The translations under genes were made by a program, and so were the position numbers. A stretch of DNA of 64,000 nucleotides, from assembly GCF_009914755.1 (NCBI RefSeq), contig NC_060947.1, one strand, 5' to 3'. Below the pieces are notes generated by a model that ran no database searches, was not told where the DNA came from, and saw only the letters and a program-made list of their open reading frames with translations. Of this stretch, positions 43,284-60,358 are shown piece by piece. Numbering within the stretch: position 1 is the first letter of the stretch; each line of letters opens with the position of its first letter. Source of the DNA: the human T2T-CHM13v2.0 reference genome, Homo sapiens.

Positions 43284-43954
43284 TGTGTTAGGCTATTCTT
43301 GCATAGCTATATATAAAGAAATACCGGCTGGGCCAGGAGCGGTAGCTCATGCCTGTAATCCCAGCACCTTGGGAGGCGGAGGCGGGTGGATTACTTGAGG
43401 TCAGGAGCTCAAGACCAGCCTGGCCAACATGGCGAAAACCTATCTCTACTAAAAATACAAAAATTAGCTGCTAGAGGCTGAGGCAGGAGAATCACTTGAA
43501 GCCAGGACGCAGAGGTTGCAGTGAGCCGAGATCACGCCATTGCACTCTAGCCTGGGTGACAGAGCGAGACTGTCTCAAAAAGAAAAAAAAAGGAAAAATA
43601 CCTGAGATTGGGTAAGTTATAAACAAAAGAGAAAAGAGGTTTAATTGGCTCATGGTTCTGATGGCTGTACAGGAAGCATAGCAGCTTCTGCTTTTTAGGG
43701 AGATCTCAGGACACTTCCAATCATGGAGGAAGGAGCAAGAAAGAGATGAGGGGAGGTGCCACACACTTTTGAACAACTAGATTTCACAGGAACTCACTCA
43801 CAATCTCAAGGACAGTACCAAGAGGATGGTGCTAAACCACTCATGAGAAATCTGCCCCCCATGATCCAATCACCTCCCACAGGCCCCGCCTCCAACAGAG
43901 GGTATTACAATTCAACATGAGGTTTGGGCAGGGACACAGACCCAAACCATATCA
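43284..43954 (+). mobile_element. MST (ERVL-MaLR) solo LTR containing an internally deleted Alu (about 43326-43590)
   Basis: TGT...ATATCA termini, 5-bp TSD GAATC at 43279-43283 and 43955-43959; AAAAGAGGTTTAATTGGCTCATGGTTCTG MST motif. Confidence 0.88.
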
Positions 43955-45730
43955 GAATCAAAGTAGAAATCATTAATAGATAACAGGAAAACCTACAAAC
44001 ACTTGGAAGCTAATAACTCACTTGTAAATAATCCATGGGCCAAAAAGTCTCAAGGAAAACCAAAAAGTACATTGAACTGAAGGATAATGAAAACTAAACA
44101 TATCAAAACATGGGAGAACCAGTTAAAGTAGTACTGAGAAGGAAGTTTATATCACTAAGCGTATACTTTGGAAAAAGAGAAAAAGTCTGAAAGCAATTAT
44201 TCAAGCTCCCACCTCAAGAACCTAGCAAAAGAAGAGCAAACTAAACCCAAAGCAAGCAGAAGGAAGAATATAATAAATAGCATAAACTAATGAAATCTAA
44301 AACAGAAAATCAATGGGGAAAATCAATAAGACAACATGCTAGTTCTTTGAAAAGATCAATAAAATTGACAAATCTTTAGCAAGACTGACAAAGAACAAAA
44401 GAGGAAACACAAATTACCAATAAAGCAGGGAATACCACTATAAATCCTCCCAACATCAAACAATAAAAATGGAATACTACAAATAATTCTGCACACATAA
44501 ATTTGACTACTCAGAATAAATGGACCAATTCCTCAAAAAACACAAGCTACCAAAATTCACTCAATATGAAATATATAATTTGATTAGTCCTATTAAGGAA
44601 AACTTTTTTTTAATTTTAAAACTCCCAAGAAAGTGATCTCTTGGCCCTGATGGTTTCACTGGAGAATCCTATCAAATGTTTAAAGAAGAATTATTACTGA
44701 TTTTACACAATCTCTTTCCAAAAAAATAGAAGAGGAAGGAACACTTCCCTCCTCTTCTTGTGAAGTTAGTATTTACCCTGACACTAAAACTAAACAAAAC
44801 AGTACCAAAAAAGAAAACTGCAGACCAATACCTCTCATGAACATAGATTTTTTTTAATCCTTTTTTAAATTACCAAAAGAATTCCTCAACATATAAAAAT
44901 AATGATAAACTATGACCAAATCAGGTTGATTTCTGAAATGCAAGACTAGCTTAATACTTAAAAATCAATCACTATAGTCTATCATATTAATAGGTTATAG
45001 AAGAAAAATCATATTGGCATATCAATACAGAAAAAACATTGACAACATTTAATACCCATTCATGTCAAAAACTCTCAGAAAAATAGGAATAGATGGGAAA
45101 GGCCTCAACTAGATAAATAACATTTACAAAATCCTACAGCTAACATCATACTTATCAGTGAAAGATGAAATTCTTTTCCTCCTAAAATCAAGATCAAAAC
45201 AAGGATGTCTGCCCTTGCCACTCTTATCCAACATAGTGCTGGAAGTTCTAATCAGCACTATAAGGCAAGAAAAGGAAATAAAAGACATACTTACTGGAAA
45301 GGATGAAATAAAACTGTCCCTATTCACAGATGACATGATTGCCTACATAGAAAATTCCAAGGAATCAAGGGGGGAAAAAACCTCCTAGAAATAATTAGCT
45401 AGTTAAGCAAGGTCACAGAACACAAGATAAACAAAAAAAGTCAATTGTATTTTTATATACTAGCAATGACCATGTGAACATTGTAAATGTTCACATTATA
45501 AAAATACAATACCATTTACAATCACTCAAAAAAAGAGAAATGCTTAAGTGTAAATCTAACAAAATATGCACAGGATTTATATGCTGAAAATCATGCAGTG
45601 TCACTGAAAGAAATCAATGAAGATCTACGTAAATGGAGATACATACCCAGGTGTTCAAGGACTGGAAGACTCAACATAGTAAAGATGTCAATTCTCCCCA
45701 AATTGATATTCAGCTTGAACACGATTCCTA

Positions 45731-46810
<1,080 letters not shown>

Positions 46811-46948
46811 AGAGAGAAAATAGGCAAATGACATAAACATTTTACTGAAAAGGATATGGCATAGATGACAAATGAGCACATGAAAAAAGGAACATCATTA
46901 GCCATCAGGGAACTTCACACTTATCAAAATGGCTAAAATAAAAACTTG

Positions 46949-47442
<494 letters not shown>

Positions 47443-47599
47443 TCAGGCATGGCTACTGCCTGCATTGTGTGCAGACTTGGAAATGAAGTCGGCTCTCAAT
47501 CAGCGAAAGACTCTACAGGCCCAACTGCCACACACATTGCAGGAAGGCCATATTTGAATCCCGCCAAAAACCTTTGCTGTGGGGTCCAATGGGCTCATA

Positions 47600-47860
47600 C
47601 TTCCGGTCTCCCAACAGCCAATTCTAGCACTGGGCATTTGCGGGTGGCCCAGCAAGTGGCCTAGCACTTGCGGGGGCGTGGCCATGGAGACACAGTGACC
47701 AAAGGCAGAGAAGAATGCGAATGGGGGAGGGGAAGCGGAGGCTGAGGTGAGCCTAGAGCGGCGGTTAGAGCCGGTGAGGTGAAAGAGAGCGACCGTTAGG
47801 ACAGGCTGAGGACTTCTGGTCTGTTCGGTACTTGAACTGCCAGCAAATTTCAACTCCCGC
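47600..47860 (+). promoter_or_regulatory. Probable OTUD6A promoter at the 5' edge of the CpG island
   Basis: GC/KLF box GGGGCGTGGC (47673-47682), RFX-like GTGGCCATGGAGAC (47678-47691), ETS-like TTCCGG near 47600; no obvious TATA. Confidence 0.55.
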
Positions 47861-47875
47861 TTGCCATTCAACATC

Positions 47876-48742
47876 ATGGATGATCCGAAGAGTGAACAGC
47901 AGCGCATACTGCGCCGCCACCAACGCGAGAGGCAGGAGCTGCAGGCCCAGATCCGGAGCTTAAAAAACTCGGTCCCCAAGACCGACAAGACGAAAAGAAA
48001 GCAGTTGCTCCAAGACGTGGCCCGCATGGAGGCCGAGATGGCTCAGAAGCACCGGCAGGAGCTGGAGAAGTTCCAAGACGACAGTAGCATTGAATCTGTC
48101 GTCGAAGACCTGGCCAAGATGAATCTGGAAAACCGGCCTCCCCGCTCCTCCAAAGCCCACAGAAAGAGAGAAAGAATGGAGTCCGAGGAGAGGGAGCGCC
48201 AGGAGAGCATCTTCCAGGCTGAGATGTCGGAGCACCTGGCCGGCTTCAAGCGCGAGGAGGAGGAGAAGCTCGCCGCCATCCTGGGAGCCAGGGGTCTGGA
48301 GATGAAAGCGATCCCGGCCGACGGCCACTGCATGTACCGCGCCATCCAAGACCAGCTGGTGTTCAGCGTGTCTGTGGAGATGCTGCGCTGCCGCACCGCC
48401 AGCTACATGAAGAAGCACGTCGACGAGTTCCTGCCCTTCTTCAGCAACCCCGAGACCAGCGACTCCTTCGGCTACGACGACTTCATGATCTACTGCGACA
48501 ACATCGTGCGCACCACGGCATGGGGAGGCCAGCTGGAGCTGAGGGCCCTGTCGCACGTCCTGAAGACCCCCATCGAGGTGATCCAGGCCGACTCGCCCAC
48601 CTTGATCATCGGGGAGGAGTACGTCAAGAAGCCGATCATCCTGGTCTACCTGCGCTATGCCTACAGCCTCGGCGAGCACTACAACTCCGTGACACCGCTC
48701 GAGGCCGGCGCCGCCGGGGGCGTGCTCCCGCGTCTCCTGTAG
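47876..48742 (+). CDS. OTUD6A: OTU domain deubiquitinase 6A, intronless, 288 aa
   Basis: ATG in good Kozak context (ATCATGG); N-terminal coiled-coil; OTU motifs [29 protein letters not shown]; CpG-dense. Confidence 0.96.
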
Positions 48743-49093
48743 GCCCCAAGGCGCTGAGCAGCCCCGGGAAACTGTCGCCGTCGCCGCATCTCCTCAGTAG
48801 GCTCAGTTTATTTTCCCCTTTTGCTTTTCTCTGTTTTTCTTTTCCTTCCTTTTAATCAAAACTACCCGCCCCCGCCCCGCCCCCGCTTTCCTAACCTTGC
48901 TGCTTTCACAGGGTGGGAAACGAAATTCGAGGGAAATTCCCCGGAAATATGAGGGAAATCTCTGCATTGCACCACCAGAGGGGCATAAATTTGAAAGTTC
49001 TAACCTCTTCTTGCCCTTAAGGGTCTTTTACCTCCCTCACCAACTAAGATTTGGTCATGTTGCGTATAACTTCACCACAAAAATGGAAATATT

Positions 49094-49548
<455 letters not shown>

Positions 49549-49933
49549 AAAGGAAATGTTAAGTTTCATGTGTTCTGGGAAAAATAAATCTAGTAGACTA
49601 GCTCGGGGAGTCTTCAGGTTTTCCTATGAATGTCTTGGATTACTTAGACAAAATTGGAGTTTATGTGATCAAAATGCCTTGTGAAGGCCTTTTGCTGAGT
49701 TTTGGGGGGAAAGATTGCCATGGTTTGCTATTTACTTAAGCTAGGCTACTCAGGAGATGTCTCAAGTTATGAACAAGAGATCCGCTAGTACTTTGTTTTG
49801 TTTTCTTTTCATCAAAACTTGTGTGGTTCCTAATTAATTTTAGTTTCTCCCATGTTTGCTAATTCTAAATAACAGCATTTGTTAAAACATGTAAGGTAAA
49901 TCTGTTAAATAGATAAAGTAAATTTAGATAAAC

Positions 49934-50260
49934 TGATAGGCTAGATAAGGTTTACTCTAAGATGTGAAAGATCTGAACTTAATTTCCTTTACTAAAGGTA
50001 GGAAGAGATAGGACTTTATTCAAATAGTTGATACGTTTCATTATCTTTACAACTGGTATAAAGAAAAAAGAGACACATTGATAGGTAATTTACTTACTCT
50101 AAGGGGTGAAGATCTGAATCGAGTAAGTTTCCTTTATTCTTAGAGATATAAAAGTGTATGAATTTATTCAAGTACTTGATTGACCTTGTTATATCATCTG
50201 GTATGAAGTGTGAAAGATATGAATGTAACAACTTTCCTTATTTCTTAGAGATACAGAAAT
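49934..50260 (+). repeat. Degenerate AT-rich tandem repeat, 2-3 units of about 105-142 bp
   Basis: TTACTCTAAG at 49952 and 50094; GA(A)AGAT(C/A)TGAA...TTTCCTT three times; TTCTTAGAGATA twice. Confidence 0.7.
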
Positions 50261-50634
50261 ATCTAAAAAGATTCTTTAAAATATTAAAGTTTTATTCTAT
50301 TTTGTTACATCAAAAGTGAACAATATACTTTTGTTATTTGAGACTTGTTAATATCCTTGAATTTTCCAAAAGAATATAAAATGAAATGATTTACAGTCAA
50401 CAACTTATGAAAATTTTAATCTTTACTTTCTGTAATTCAGTGAGATTAATTTTGGAAATTCTTTCTACATTCCAAATGCTCTAAGATAAAATATATATGT
50501 TTTTGAAAGTTTTTAAACATGTAGTTTGTTCAAAAATAAAAACCATTTAAAAAATACCTGCTTCTCTGTTTTTGTGTAGCTAACTTCATATAGAGTTTAT
50601 ATCCCAGGATCTACTTAAGCAAAGGAATCCTGGA

Positions 50635-53600
50635 GGGTTAGGGAGCATAGGCCTGTTGCGGGTGGCGGGGTGGTGGTTGCTGACTGGGGACAGGGGCAAA
50701 GACTGCTGAAGGGCTCTAGAAATGGGAAAGGTGCTCTACTTCAGTGGGCTGCATAGGGTCAGGGAAGGGGGTGACAAGCTAAAAGAAGAGGCCTGGCTAG
50801 GGTAGGGGACCTTCATGGACAAAGAGGCCCAGCTGGGTAGCGGGGGCACAGGCTAGGAAAGAAGTCCTGGCTGAGGGAGGATGCCTGCAAAGGGTCCAGG
50901 CTGGAGGCTGGGGCATGGACTGGTGAAGGGTTCCTGGTAGGAGAAGGTGGCCCAGCTGGGGCAGGCTGGAGAAGGAGAGGAAGGGGGCCTGGCTTGGGAA
51001 GGGAAGCTGTTTGGGAACTGGGCTACAGTCTGGGGAAGGGGTCCTGGCAGGGGTGGAGTTGGGTGGAGAGAAGGGCAGGAAAGGGGGCTGGGTCAAGAAA
51101 GAGTCACTGTCTATACAAGGAGGAATAGGCTGACCAGGGGGCAACTCAAAGGGACAAGATGCCTCGTAGCAACGGGTCTTTGGCTATTGAATGGGGAAAT
51201 GGCTCTGGCAAACTGCCTGGCCAGGGGAATTGAAGGGAATTGGGAAATTGGGCCTGGATAGGGAAGGGAGCCTCACTGGGGAGGGCACACAGGCTGAAGA
51301 AGTGCCATATGGTGTGGAGGGGTCATTGAAGAAGGAAGCCTGGCTGGGATGGGGGGAGGGGGGACCTGGCTGCAAGGGTGGGGGAATGCTGGCTGGGAAA
51401 GGTGGCCCGGCTGATGATGCAGGCTTAGGTGACCAAAGGGGCCAAGCATGGGAGTGGCCTTGGCAGGGCAAGGAGGAAGATCTTGGGGAAGAGGTAACAG
51501 GCTAGGGAGGCACTGGCAGAGGAAGGGGACAAGGCTGGGCAAGGGAACCTGGCTGTGGACTGGGACACGGGGTGGGGAAGGAAGCCTGGCTGGGAGGGAC
51601 ATAATAGGGTGAGCGGGGGTGGGGGGAGCAGGTTAGGGAAGAACTGGCTGGTCAAGGGAAGGAGGCCCAGTTGAGTTAGGAGCCAAAGGATGAGAAAGGT
51701 GTTCCTAGCTGTTAATGAGAGGAAAGGCTGGGGAAGAACGCCTGGCCGGCGGAGGGGACATGGGCTGTCCAGTGGAGTCCAGGCTGGAGAAGGCACTGGA
51801 CCAGGGAAGGAGATCTAGCAGGAAAGTAAGCATAAGCTGGGGAGGAGGACATAGACTCGGGGAGAAGGACATAGATTGGCGGAGAGGGCGAGACTGAGGA
51901 AGGGTCCCAGACATGGGGATGTGCCTGTCTTGTAAAGGGACCACAGTCTTGAGAGGCTGGCACAATCTATGGAAGACAGATGGGTGTGGGGTAGGGAGGA
52001 TTGTGGGGTAAAAAGACCCCTTAGGGAAAGGTTGCCTAACTGGAGAGCGACTCTGACAGCGGAAGGGGCTGGGGAGGGAGGCACAGACTAGGAAAGGGAA
52101 CCTGGTGGTGGGAAAGGTTTGAATACCGAGAAGGACATAGGCTAGAGATGGGATCATAGGCAGGTTAGTGGGCCCGGCTGGGAGAGGGGGCCTACCAGGT
52201 GGAGAGAGCTTGCTAGGAAAGAAATCATGCCTGGGAATGAGGGCCTCTCCCCCTGACAGGAACTTGGCTGAGGAAGGGCACGTGGTTGAGAAAACGGGCT
52301 TAGTTGTAGAGGGGCACACAGGATAGGAATGGGGTCTGGCTGGGGTAGGGGCAATAGGCTGGACAAGGGGCCTAGGCAGGCGAAGGCTGTGGAAGGAGGC
52401 CTGCCTGGAAAAAGGAGCACAGACTGGGGCAGAGGGCACGTTGGGTGAGGAGAGCTTGGCTGCAGGAGGGGCATGGCTAGGAAAGGGTTCCTAGCCGGGG
52501 AAGCAGACTTGGCTTAGCACGGGGCACATGTGGGTGAAGGGATCCTGGTGGGAAAGATTGCATGGCTGGGGAGGCCACTGGGTAGGTGAGGGAGAGCTGA
52601 GAGAAGATGCCTGACTGCGGAAGGAGGTGCTGGCTGGGAAAGGCCAGCAAAGGGGCAACTCCTTGGAAAAGTGGTCCCGTTGAAAAGGGGAAAGGCTGGG
52701 GATGGGTGCCCGGCTGTGGGAAGGGGACATAGAGTTGAAAAAAGGCCTGGGCTGGGGAAGGGCAGACTGGCTAAGGAGGTTGGGGAATAGGCTCTGGCTG
52801 GGGTTGAGTCTGTCCTGGGAGAGGAAGGAAGGAGGGGCATCTGGTTGGGGGTACAGGATGAGGAGGAAGCCCCACCGAGACACAGACTGGGAACCCAGCA
52901 GTAAGTGGTTAGAGGGCAGAGAGGTGCGCACAGGCTGGTCAGATGGCTAAGAAAGGGGCCAATCTAAAGAGGACACAGCTTGAGGAAGAGGGTCTGGCTG
53001 GGGAAAGGGGCCCTGGGCAAGGGGACATAGGCTAAGCAAGGAAAATAAAGTTGGGTCGTGGAGCCTGCCTGGAGATAGGGATATTGGGCAAAGGGGACCT
53101 GGAAGGAGAAGGGGCTCTGGCTGGGGTAGAATTCCTTCATGGTCCAGGACAGGCTAGAGACAAGAGTTCAGGCTCGGGAAGTCTGCCTGGTTGCCAAAGA
53201 AGGCCTACCTGTCCAGGGGGCACAGGCTGGGGAGGGGCAACAAGCTGGGGCAGAGAGCCTGGGTAGGGTTGCTGCAGAAGGCAGTACTGGCTGGGAAATG
53301 GGGCCTGACTGGGGAGGCCGTATCAGTAGGTATAGGGGAAGCATGTCTAGCAGGGCAAGGTGACGTGACTGGAGAAGTGGCCTTGGCTGGGGAAGGAAGC
53401 CTAGCTGGGAGGAAAGGTATATAAATGGTTGAAGGGGGCCTGGCTAAGTGAGGTGGCCTGACTGAGAAAGCGGGCATGACTGGGTTCCAGGGAACAGGCA
53501 GAATCAGGGCTCCTGATGAGAGAAGGGCAGGCAGCACAGGGTGGGGATCGGGTGGGGAAGGGGGACTCCCTGAGAAAGGAGGCCTAGGTCTAGAAAGGAA

Positions 53601-53960
53601 ATAGACTGAGGAGCAAGGTTAAGGAAGCGCAGCTGCGCAAGGAAGGGAGAATAGGCTGGTGACAAGGACACTCATTGCTGAAGGGAGCCTAGTTGGCATA
53701 GGGTATAAGTTGGTATAGGATGAAAAAGAGATTCCTGGCTTTTGAAGAGGGGAGGCCACCTGCCTGGGGGCAGAGGAACTTGCTAGGCAAGGGGTTCACA
53801 GGGTATGGGGGGATGGCTGGGGAATGGGCACAGCTGTGGAAGGGTGCACTGGCTGGGAAAGGGGGCATAGGCTGGGCAGGGGTCTTAAGTGGAGAAGAGG
53901 CATAGGTTGCTTTAGAGGGCACTGCCTGGATAATGTGAGCCTTGCTGGGGGTGGGGCTGG
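50635..53960 (+). repeat. Long G/A-rich degenerate repeat (core GGCTGGGGAAGGGG)
   Basis: Dozens of diverged GGCTGGG(G/A)AAGGGG / GGACATAGGCT motifs spaced about 16-20 nt; strong strand skew. Confidence 0.8.
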
Positions 53961-54619
53961 TACAGCCCAAAAAATTCTGTGACAGATGGCACCAAAGATG
54001 GTAAAGTCCCATTTTACAGGCTTGTCCCTGAATACAAGAGAAATAGCTATTCCTATTTTGGGAACCTTTAAGATCTCACTCGGCCCGTCCCCAGCTGCCC
54101 CCATTGGGTCTGCCTTCAGCAGGAAGGAGAGGGAAGTGTTAACCCAGGCCAGATCCTAACCATGCCCAGAACACAAAGAGGGGGGTCTCCACTGTGGGAT
54201 CTGGCAGGACACAAGGGATTTGCAGTTTGTTCCATTCTATAACAATGACTACAGTCACTGAGGACAGGCTATTCTGGGCAAGTTCATGAAAGCCATGGGG
54301 TACTGTTCTCAAAAGGATCTAATTCCAGAAGCAACTTTCATTCATTTCCTTACTGTTTTTTATTTATTCATTATCATTCCCTCTCCCCTCTTGCCATAGC
54401 AATAAAAAATAAGATGCTTCTTGTATGCAAATTTAGGCTCTGGAGTCAGACATCTATCTGGGTTTAAAGCCGAAATTGCCCACCTACTTCCTAGCTTTGC
54501 GACCTTGGATAAGTCACCTAAACTTTCTGGGCCTCAGTTTCCTCATGGATAACATAGGGAGATTAATACTTGTCTTAGAGATATTTCTTCAGGATGTTAA
54601 GAACATTAAATGAAAATGC

Positions 54620-54925
<306 letters not shown>

Positions 54926-55770
54926 ATACATATCAAGTGTCCAGTAAATAAGTGCCCAACAAATGTTAGCTACTATTAATATTATCTAGGAGCCCATGAA
55001 CATGACATTATTGGCTCTGGCAGCAGCCACTTCTTGATTTTGTCTACAGTGACTTTTGGGGCCACTTGGCCTCTTCCCACAGGTCCTGCAGGGGAAGCAG
55101 AGACTCTCCCAGGGCTGTCTGCCCCAGCTGTTGCTATCAGAGCTTCTACTGGAGCTCACCAAAAGTGCCCCTCTGGGGACAGGGTGACCTGCATGGAGGA
55201 ACTCCTCAGGCTCTTCTTTTCAGGACTTTTCTACACAAACACATAATAGACTCACATGTTTTGAAAAACAATATTGGTGTCATTCTATTGAAATTGGCTT
55301 TTAAACTTAACAATACATTATAAACACTTTCTTGTGTCCTTAACAGTCTTCAATATGATGATTTTAAAGCCTGCCTTCTAGCCAATGAATGTGCCATAAT
55401 TTATTTATTCAATTTTATTGTTGGACGTTTAGATTGCTTTCAATTTCTCACCACTATAAATATGCCACTGTAATATCCTTGCAGCTGAATCTTTGTCTAT
55501 ATTTCTGATTATTTCCTTTTGATAAGATTTGTAGACGTGATCTAGGTCAAAAAGGAGGGGCTCTTAATGCGTACTGGGAAAGACTGCATGAATTTACACT
55601 CCCAGGCTATGAGGCTGTTATATTCCCACATAATTGCCAACACGGAAAATTATCATTGTTGCTAATTTGTCAGATGAAAAATGTTGTATTAGTGGATGTT
55701 TCATTGATTACTAGTGAGATTGAATATTCCTCTATGTGTTTATTTCATTCATGCAGGAACAAGTATTTCT

Positions 55771-56044
55771 CTTTTTTTGAATTTCAACTTTATTTTAGAT
55801 TCAGGAGACACATGTGTAGATTTGTTATGTGGGCATATTGCATGACACTTAGGTTTGGAGTACAAATGATCCCATCACCTAGGCAATGAGTATAGTAGTC
55901 AACAGGTAGTTTTTCAGCCCTCGCCCCTTCCGCCTCCACCTCCCCCATAGTAGTCCCAGGTGTCTATTGTATCCATCTTTAGGTCCTTGTTTACCCAAAG
56001 TTTAGCACCCACTTATAAGTGAGAACATACGGTATTTTGTTTTC
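55771..56044 (-). mobile_element. 5'-truncated L1PA 3' end
   Basis: Reverse L1 3' UTR (CCCACTTATAAGTGAGAACA); 17-bp TSD CAGGAACAA(G/A)TATTTCT at 55754-55770 and 56045-56061. Confidence 0.88.
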
Positions 56045-56093
56045 CAGGAACAAATATTTCTTATTTTGTTGCCTATTCCTGAACTTCACTTAA

Positions 56094-56788
<695 letters not shown>

Positions 56789-58067
56789 TAGTTTTTCCTG
56801 TGCATTAATTAGCCTTTCAGTTTTGTTTCTTTCTTTTTGCATATGTGTAAGTTTAAAATCATAATGTAAGTTTAAAATCTATTAATCTTTTTCATTATGG
56901 TTTCTGTCTTGGTGTCAGTCTTAGAAAAGTCTTCCTTATCCTGAAAATGGATCGATACTTGTGCATAATTTATTTCGATTTTTTAATGCTTTCTCTTTAT
57001 ATTTATATTTAATATATCCACCTGGAAATTACATGGGTGTAAGATAAGGACATAAAGTGATTTTCCTCAATTATGATAGTTAACCAATTAGCTCAACACT
57101 ATTTATTGAATAATCCACCATTTCACCACTGATTTGAATTGCCACCTTCCATATATATTACATTCTTATACTATAAAAAGGTGAATCTCTTTTAATCAGT
57201 GATACAGAAAACCTATATTTTTTTACCTCAGTTTGAAACTGTCAGCTATCCATTCATCCACTCTTTTCATATTTACCGATGATAACAGTGATAAACCATA
57301 GCTTAAGAGAGAGAAAAGATGTAGTCCCAGTGCTCACCGTCTAGAGGTGGCAGACAGGAAAACAGAAATAGACAGAAAGCAACATGACCAATGCTGTGAT
57401 GAGAGGAAGCACAGAGGAAGAAAGGACACTGAATCCGACTTGCTGTGTCAGGAGGCTTAGCAGGAGCTCCCAGAGAACACAACCAGAGCAGAGACAAGAA
57501 GGAGTGAAAGAACGGGTGTCTCCTGTTCAGCCTAGCTGAAGGGTAGTTGTGAGAGAGTTGTGGAAAAGAAGCTGAAGAGGGAGGCAGGAGAAGTAACCCA
57601 GCTTAAGTAAACATCTGTTTTACTCATAATATTACAAATTAAATGAGATACCATGTTTCATCAGTCAGATTAGCAAAGAAGTAAAGTTTGTTCGTATGCT
57701 GTGTTGATGAGGGAATGCAGAAACAGGCACTCTCAAACATTGCTGATGGATGGTGTATAAATGGGTACAATCTCTTTGGAGGGCTATTTGGCAATAGCTA
57801 TCAAATTTAAAGTGCATAAACCACTATCATTTGTATTTTTAGCAGTTTCCCTTGCACATGATTAGAATATATATTTAAAAGGATATAACTGGTCACTTTT
57901 GAGGAGGGGAACCAGGTTCCTAGGGGAAAGGATGGGAGGGGGCTTCTCACTGTGTAATCTCTTGAACTTCTGGTATTTTGAACTATATGAATTAAAAATT
58001 TAAACCTAACCTACTTAATAAAATGCACATAGCTTTTGACCTCGCAATATATTGAGGGTATACATAT

Positions 58068-59327
<1,260 letters not shown>

Positions 59328-59481
59328 ACATTACACAAAGTCTATTTTTAGGATGTTCATTACAGCATTATTTGTCAATGCAAACATCTAGACACACCTT
59401 AATATCCTCAGTAAAGTCTAATTAAATAAATTTTGGTATATCTATATTAATTATTACCTCTAGGGAGAGGAATAGAAATGA

Positions 59482-59842
<361 letters not shown>

Positions 59843-59910
59843 TATATAGCTGAATTTTTGTATTGTGGTGGTATATACATAACAAAATCTACTACTTTAG
59901 CTGTTTTTAA

Positions 59911-60358
<448 letters not shown>

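Noticed and set aside
47861-47875. TTG-initiated 5-residue N-terminal extension of OTUD6A
   Set aside because: ORF-finder alternative start; ATG at 47876 has good Kozak context.
47960-48679. 239-aa antisense ORF within OTUD6A
   Set aside because: Expected from very high GC3, which removes antisense stop codons.
51705-52439. 244-aa Pro/Ser-rich minus-strand ORF and neighbours
   Set aside because: Low-complexity translation of the C-rich strand of the G-rich repeat; no coherent reading frame across the region.
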